From assembly GCA_002507085.1 (NCBI GenBank), contig DAYW01000010.1, forward strand, positions 47,897-87,341: DNA of 39,445 bases, written 5' to 3'. Below, piece by piece: positions 36,249 to 39,445 of this stretch (positions are counted from its first letter, which is position 1; every line of letters begins with the position of its first letter). Position numbers and translations under genes: made by a program. Source of the DNA: an archaeon UBA168. Its GTDB lineage: Archaea > Thermoproteota > Thermoprotei_A > Marsarchaeales > UBA168. Below the pieces are notes generated by a model that was given only the letters and a program-made list of their open reading frames with translations, was not told the DNA's origin and did not search any database.

Positions 36249-37280
36249 TCACTCAGCTATGCTGATAACGACCTTTCCCGTCACCTTTCCCTCTTCCATG
36301 TCCTTATGGGCTTCTGATGCTTTGCTCAAAGGCACCACCCTGCTTATGAAGGGTTTTAGCTTGCCAGCCCTTACCAGCTTGAGGACCCTTATGAGCTCAG
36401 CCTTCGTCCCTCCATAGGCGCCCATCAGCGTTATCTGCCTGGTGTAAAGGTCCCTAACGTCCAGCGGAACGTCCTTTCCCGTGGTCGCTCCCGGAGTCAC
36501 AAGACGGCCTGTTGGAGAGAGAGACCTAATGCTTTGGACCCACGTGGAAGCTCCAACGTTTTCAAACACCACGTCCACGCCCTGCCCGTTGGTTATTTCC
36601 ATAACGGACCGCACCACGTCAGCTGACCTATAATCTATGACGTGATCCGCGCCAAGCCCTTCAACAAATCTCGACTTTTCCTCTCCCCCAGCGGTGGCTA
36701 TCACGGTTGCTCCAAGCGTCTTTGCTATCTGCACAGCTGCGCTTCCAAGACCCCCGCTTGCCCCCCACACCAATACCGTCTCGGAGGGGCGGAGCTTTGC
36801 GAGCGTTACCAACGAGTGCCAGGCCGTCATAAACGTGACCGGAATTGCAGCCGCCAGTTTTTCGTCTATGCCGTCCAGCCTAATGGCGTTATAGGCTGGA
36901 ACAGCTATGTACTCGGCGTAAGTTCCCTCCGCTTGATTTCCAAGCAGCTTTCTGTTTATGCATTGGTCCTCCCTGCCCGAAACGCAAAGGCGGCAAGAAC
37001 GATCGACTATGAGCGGATAAAGAACAACGCTATCTCCCTCCTTTACTTCTTCCACGCCAGGTCCTGCTGCTTCAATTAAGCCTGCGCCATCGGCGCCCAA
37101 CACGTGAGGAAAAGGCGTCTTATAGCCTCCTATGCCCCTTCTTACCCAGATGTCGACGTGATTTAGCGAGGCATAGCTAAGCCTCACAAGGACCTCGCCG
37201 TACTTCGGCCTTGGCTTTTCGAGCTCCCCGTACTTTATGACCTCAGGACCTCCGTTTTCCGTTATGAATGCCGCCCTCAT
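36249..37280 (-). CDS. MDR-superfamily zinc-binding dehydrogenase / quinone oxidoreductase-like
   Basis: SLNHVD, LGADGAG, D-x2-C-x2-C-x7-C structural site, WGASGGLG, GKVV; catalytic-Zn Cys/His absent. Confidence 0.92.
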   Translation of the reverse strand: MRAAFITENGGPEVIKYGELEKPRPKYGEVLVRLSYASLNHVDIWVRRGIGGYKTPFPHVLGADGAGLIEAAGPGVEEVKEGDSVVLYPLIVDRSCRLCVSGREDQCINRKLLGNQAEGTYAEYIAVPAYNAIRLDGIDEKLAAAIPVTFMTAWHSLVTLAKLRPSETVLVWGASGGLGSAAVQIAKTLGATVIATAGGEEKSRFVEGLGADHVIDYRSADVVRSVMEITNGQGVDVVFENVGASTWVQSIRSLSPTGRLVTPGATTGKDVPLDVRDLYTRQITLMGAYGGTKAELIRVLKLVRAGKLKPFISRVVPLSKASEAHKDMEEGKVTGKVVISIAE

Positions 37281-37408
37281 TTACCTTTCTATGCGCGCAC
37301 GGTTAAGCGCTTTGCGCTTCATCGTCAGCGCCCACTGGCAAGGGGCGCTGCTCCTTATCTCGGGCGTTTAGCAAAAATAAACTTAATTATCACTTAGTAG
37401 TTTCTCTC

Positions 37409-37495
37409 GGGCTCGTAGCTCAGCATGGAAGAGCGCCGGACTTTTAACGCTCGGAAGAGATCCGTTGGCCGCGGGTTCAAATCCCGCCGAGCCCG
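37409..37495 (+). tRNA. tRNA-Lys(TTT) with 13-nt intron (37447-37459) at canonical position 37/38
   Basis: Acceptor GGGCTCG/CGAGCCC, D stem GCTC/GAGC, anticodon TTT 37443-37445, T arm GCGGG-TTCAAAT-CCCGC; BHB-like central helix CUUU/GAAG with two 3-nt bulges. Confidence 0.93.
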
Positions 37496-37536
37496 CCTTT
37501 CAAAAAACCTATTTACTACCCCCACGTATTACTAAA

Positions 37537-37938
37537 TTGAGCTATTATCAGGGACCAGACAGAAGAAAGCCAAGCGGAGGCCTTAAGGGAAAACAGAGAA
37601 AGAAGAGGGCATACGAGCTTAAAAGGCCCTTCCATCCATGCGTAGCCCTCGCGGAAAAGGAGCTCTTTGTGGTGGAAAGGGTAAGGGGAGGAAACAAGAA
37701 GGTCAGGGCCAAGAACGTCACATTTGTGAACGTCTACAACCCAGCAACGAAGTCAGTTAAGAAAGAAAAGATAGTTGCCGTTGAAAGAACCCCATCTCAC
37801 GCCGAGTACGCCAGGTCCAACATAATAACCAAGGGAAGCTACGTGAGAACGGAAAGCGGCCTGGTCCTTATAACCTCTAGGGTAGGACAGCATGGCGTTG
37901 TAAACGGAAAGGTCGTGGAGCAGGCAAAAGCAGCTTGA
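37537..37938 (+). CDS. rps8e: 30S ribosomal protein S8e
   Basis: RKPSGG, RKKRAYE, RVRGGNKKVR, NIITKG, ITSRVGQHGVVNG; start reassigned to TTG 37537 because the ORF-track start lies inside the tRNA. Confidence 0.96.
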   Translation: MSYYQGPDRRKPSGGLKGKQRKKRAYELKRPFHPCVALAEKELFVVERVRGGNKKVRAKNVTFVNVYNPATKSVKKEKIVAVERTPSHAEYARSNIITKGSYVRTESGLVLITSRVGQHGVVNGKVVEQAKAA

Positions 37939-37948
37939 AGGTGTCTTC

Positions 37949-38251
37949 TTGAAAGAGATAAGGCTTTGGACCGCTTATTTCGACGCCTCTAAGACCAGGC
38001 GGTACGGAAGGAGGGTAAGGGCAGACCTGGCCGTGAGGAGGCCTACGCAACAAGACCTATTGGAAGCGGCCAGGAGGCTCGGCCTTTCCGTCGCCATGGA
38101 AGAAGCCCGCTATCCCAAGGACTTTTGGGAAGCGGGAGGGGTTAAGATATCTTGGGATGGCAGGAAGCAGGCCCTTATAAAGAAGATCGGGCAGGAACTG
38201 AGAAAGATGAGGCAGGAACCAGCGAGGGTGGGCGAGCGTGAAAAAAGCTAG
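37949..38251 (+). CDS. srp19: Signal recognition particle protein SRP19
   Basis: LWTAYFD, TRRYGRRV, AVRRP, YPK; follows rps8e. Confidence 0.92.
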   Translation: MKEIRLWTAYFDASKTRRYGRRVRADLAVRRPTQQDLLEAARRLGLSVAMEEARYPKDFWEAGGVKISWDGRKQALIKKIGQELRKMRQEPARVGEREKS

Positions 38252-38480
38252 GGTTGTGCACGTGACCCCCTCAAACCTGATCGTCGCTACGACATCAGGA
38301 GATGTAAGAGGAGACCTTGTCGCCGCGGACTCAAAGGGCAACCTAATAGGAGATGTGGTTGACGTTTTCGGCCCCGTTTCTGCCCCTTACCTTCTCATCA
38401 AACCTCAAAAAGCGATCGTCGAAGAGGGAACACAGCTCTTCTTATACAGAAGGGCCAGAGATAAAAGGGAAAGAAAGTGA
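38238..38480 (+). CDS. gar1: H/ACA RNP component Gar1
   Basis: IGDVVDVFGPVSAPY signature; rps8e-srp19-gar1 order. Confidence 0.9.
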   Translation: MKKARVVHVTPSNLIVATTSGDVRGDLVAADSKGNLIGDVVDVFGPVSAPYLLIKPQKAIVEEGTQLFLYRRARDKRERK

Positions 38481-39100
38481 GCTGGAAGCGGGGGTCTCAG
38501 GATAGGTATTACAAGGCCGCGCGCAGGGAGGGATATAGGTCAAGATCGGCTCTCAAGCTCGAAGAGATCCTTAGATCAAAAAAGCCCAGATATGGAGACG
38601 CCGTGCTTGACCTTGGCTGCTCTCCAGGCGGATGGTCTCAGATACTCTCGAGCGTAGTGGGACCTAAAGGATCCGTAACTGGCGTGGACGTGGTAGACCC
38701 TCACATAAGGCTCCCCAACTTCCACTTCCTGCAGATGGACATGAGAGATCAGGTGCCTTCAGTAGGGCCATTTTCGTGGATCTTCTGCGATGCTGCGCCC
38801 AAGTTCATGGGCGTAAGGGACGTTGACATGGCAAGGGCGCAAGAGCTGTGGTATGCGTGCCTCAACTGGTGCGACAAGACCCTGAAGCAGGGGGGGACAC
38901 TCGTCATGAAGGCCTTCCAGTCAAGGGAGCTCGACGAGATTAGGCCCGAAATAGCTCGGCGCTTTTCAAGCGTTAAGTTCGTGAAGCCCAAGGCTTCAAG
39001 AAGGGAAAGCTCGGAGATCTATCTGCTTTGCGATGGATTCAGGAGCCCTTCGAGCAGCGACGCTGGGTCTTCTTCGCCGGAATCAAATCTAACGCCTTGA
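38477..39100 (+). CDS. rlmE: RlmE/FtsJ family 2'-O-methyltransferase
   Basis: GYRSRSALKL, DLGCSPGGWSQ, CDAAP, MKAFQ, KPKASRRESSEIY (K-D-K-E tetrad). Confidence 0.94.
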   Translation: MSWKRGSQDRYYKAARREGYRSRSALKLEEILRSKKPRYGDAVLDLGCSPGGWSQILSSVVGPKGSVTGVDVVDPHIRLPNFHFLQMDMRDQVPSVGPFSWIFCDAAPKFMGVRDVDMARAQELWYACLNWCDKTLKQGGTLVMKAFQSRELDEIRPEIARRFSSVKFVKPKASRRESSEIYLLCDGFRSPSSSDAGSSSPESNLTP

Positions 39101-39445
39101 CCGTCGAAGTGAGTGGCACTAACCGAAAGTCCTGCCTTCCTCAGCCTGTCCACCACGGATTCCGTGGAGGGGCTCCTTCCCCTCAGCAGGGTTGGCAACG
39201 TGTAGTAAAAAGGCGCATGGCCCAGCTCGTCCCTCAGCAGAAGCATGAGCTTAATCGCCCTCTGAGGGTTTTGATACATTCCCTCCCTCGCCCTTAAGGC
39301 GTCAACAACCCTTCTCACGAAATCCGGAGACGAGATCTCGCCAAGCCACAGGGGGCCAGCGAGCTCGGGAACGCCATCTTCTTGCTTGAGGCGTCCCAAC
39401 AGCTCCATGAGGTCGCTGCCCCACTTCCTCACCTTGCTCTTGAAA
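39019..39445 (-). CDS. trm1: tRNA G26 N2,N2-dimethyltransferase, C-terminal part; 5' end outside the window
   Basis: AGPLWLGEI, PFYY, SATHF...GVR motifs of the Trm1 C-terminus. Confidence 0.85.
   Translation of the reverse strand, partial: FKSKVRKWGSDLMELLGRLKQEDGVPELAGPLWLGEISSPDFVRRVVDALRAREGMYQNPQRAIKLMLLLRDELGHAPFYYTLPTLLRGRSPSTESVVDRLRKAGLSVSATHFDGQGVRFDSGEEDPASLLEGLLNPSQSR

Noticed and set aside
14354-37341. 13-bp repeat CGCCCACTGGCAA at 14354 and 37329
   Set aside because: Matches of this length are expected by chance in 39 kb; one copy is within a coding region.
898-39297. Numerous antisense or alternative-frame ORFs (e.g. 2712-3206, 18925-19551, 23120-23869, 27596-28192)
   Set aside because: They lie within confidently identified genes and show no recognisable motifs.

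Overview
Mostly housekeeping chromosome of a TACK-group archaeon. The evidence is PolB1, RadA, ribosomal eS30/eS8, GatDE, archaeal MAT and DtdA, SRP19/Gar1, an intron-containing tRNA, and a probable GDGT ring synthase suggesting a (thermo)acidophile. It holds about 33 CDSs and two tRNAs: Glu-CTC, and Lys-TTT with a 13-nt intron. The ORF track missed a 5'-truncated-by-window dtdA (1-763, minus), rps30e (17940-18092, minus), both tRNAs and a heavily decayed IS200/IS605 tnpB pseudogene (about 7414-8120). That pseudogene lies in a small AT-richer accessory patch after tRNA-Glu, with an orphan ORF and one CRISPR-repeat-like sequence. No intact defence system, CRISPR array or rRNA was seen. The best candidate for something undescribed is 35746-36244. 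There, a roughly 125-nt three-way-junction RNA element forms the leader of the cdd-udp nucleoside-salvage genes and shares a divergent promoter with an unknown 103-aa beta-rich protein that has an SSB-like acidic tail ending in Phe. All assignments come from visual motif recognition; no searches were run.
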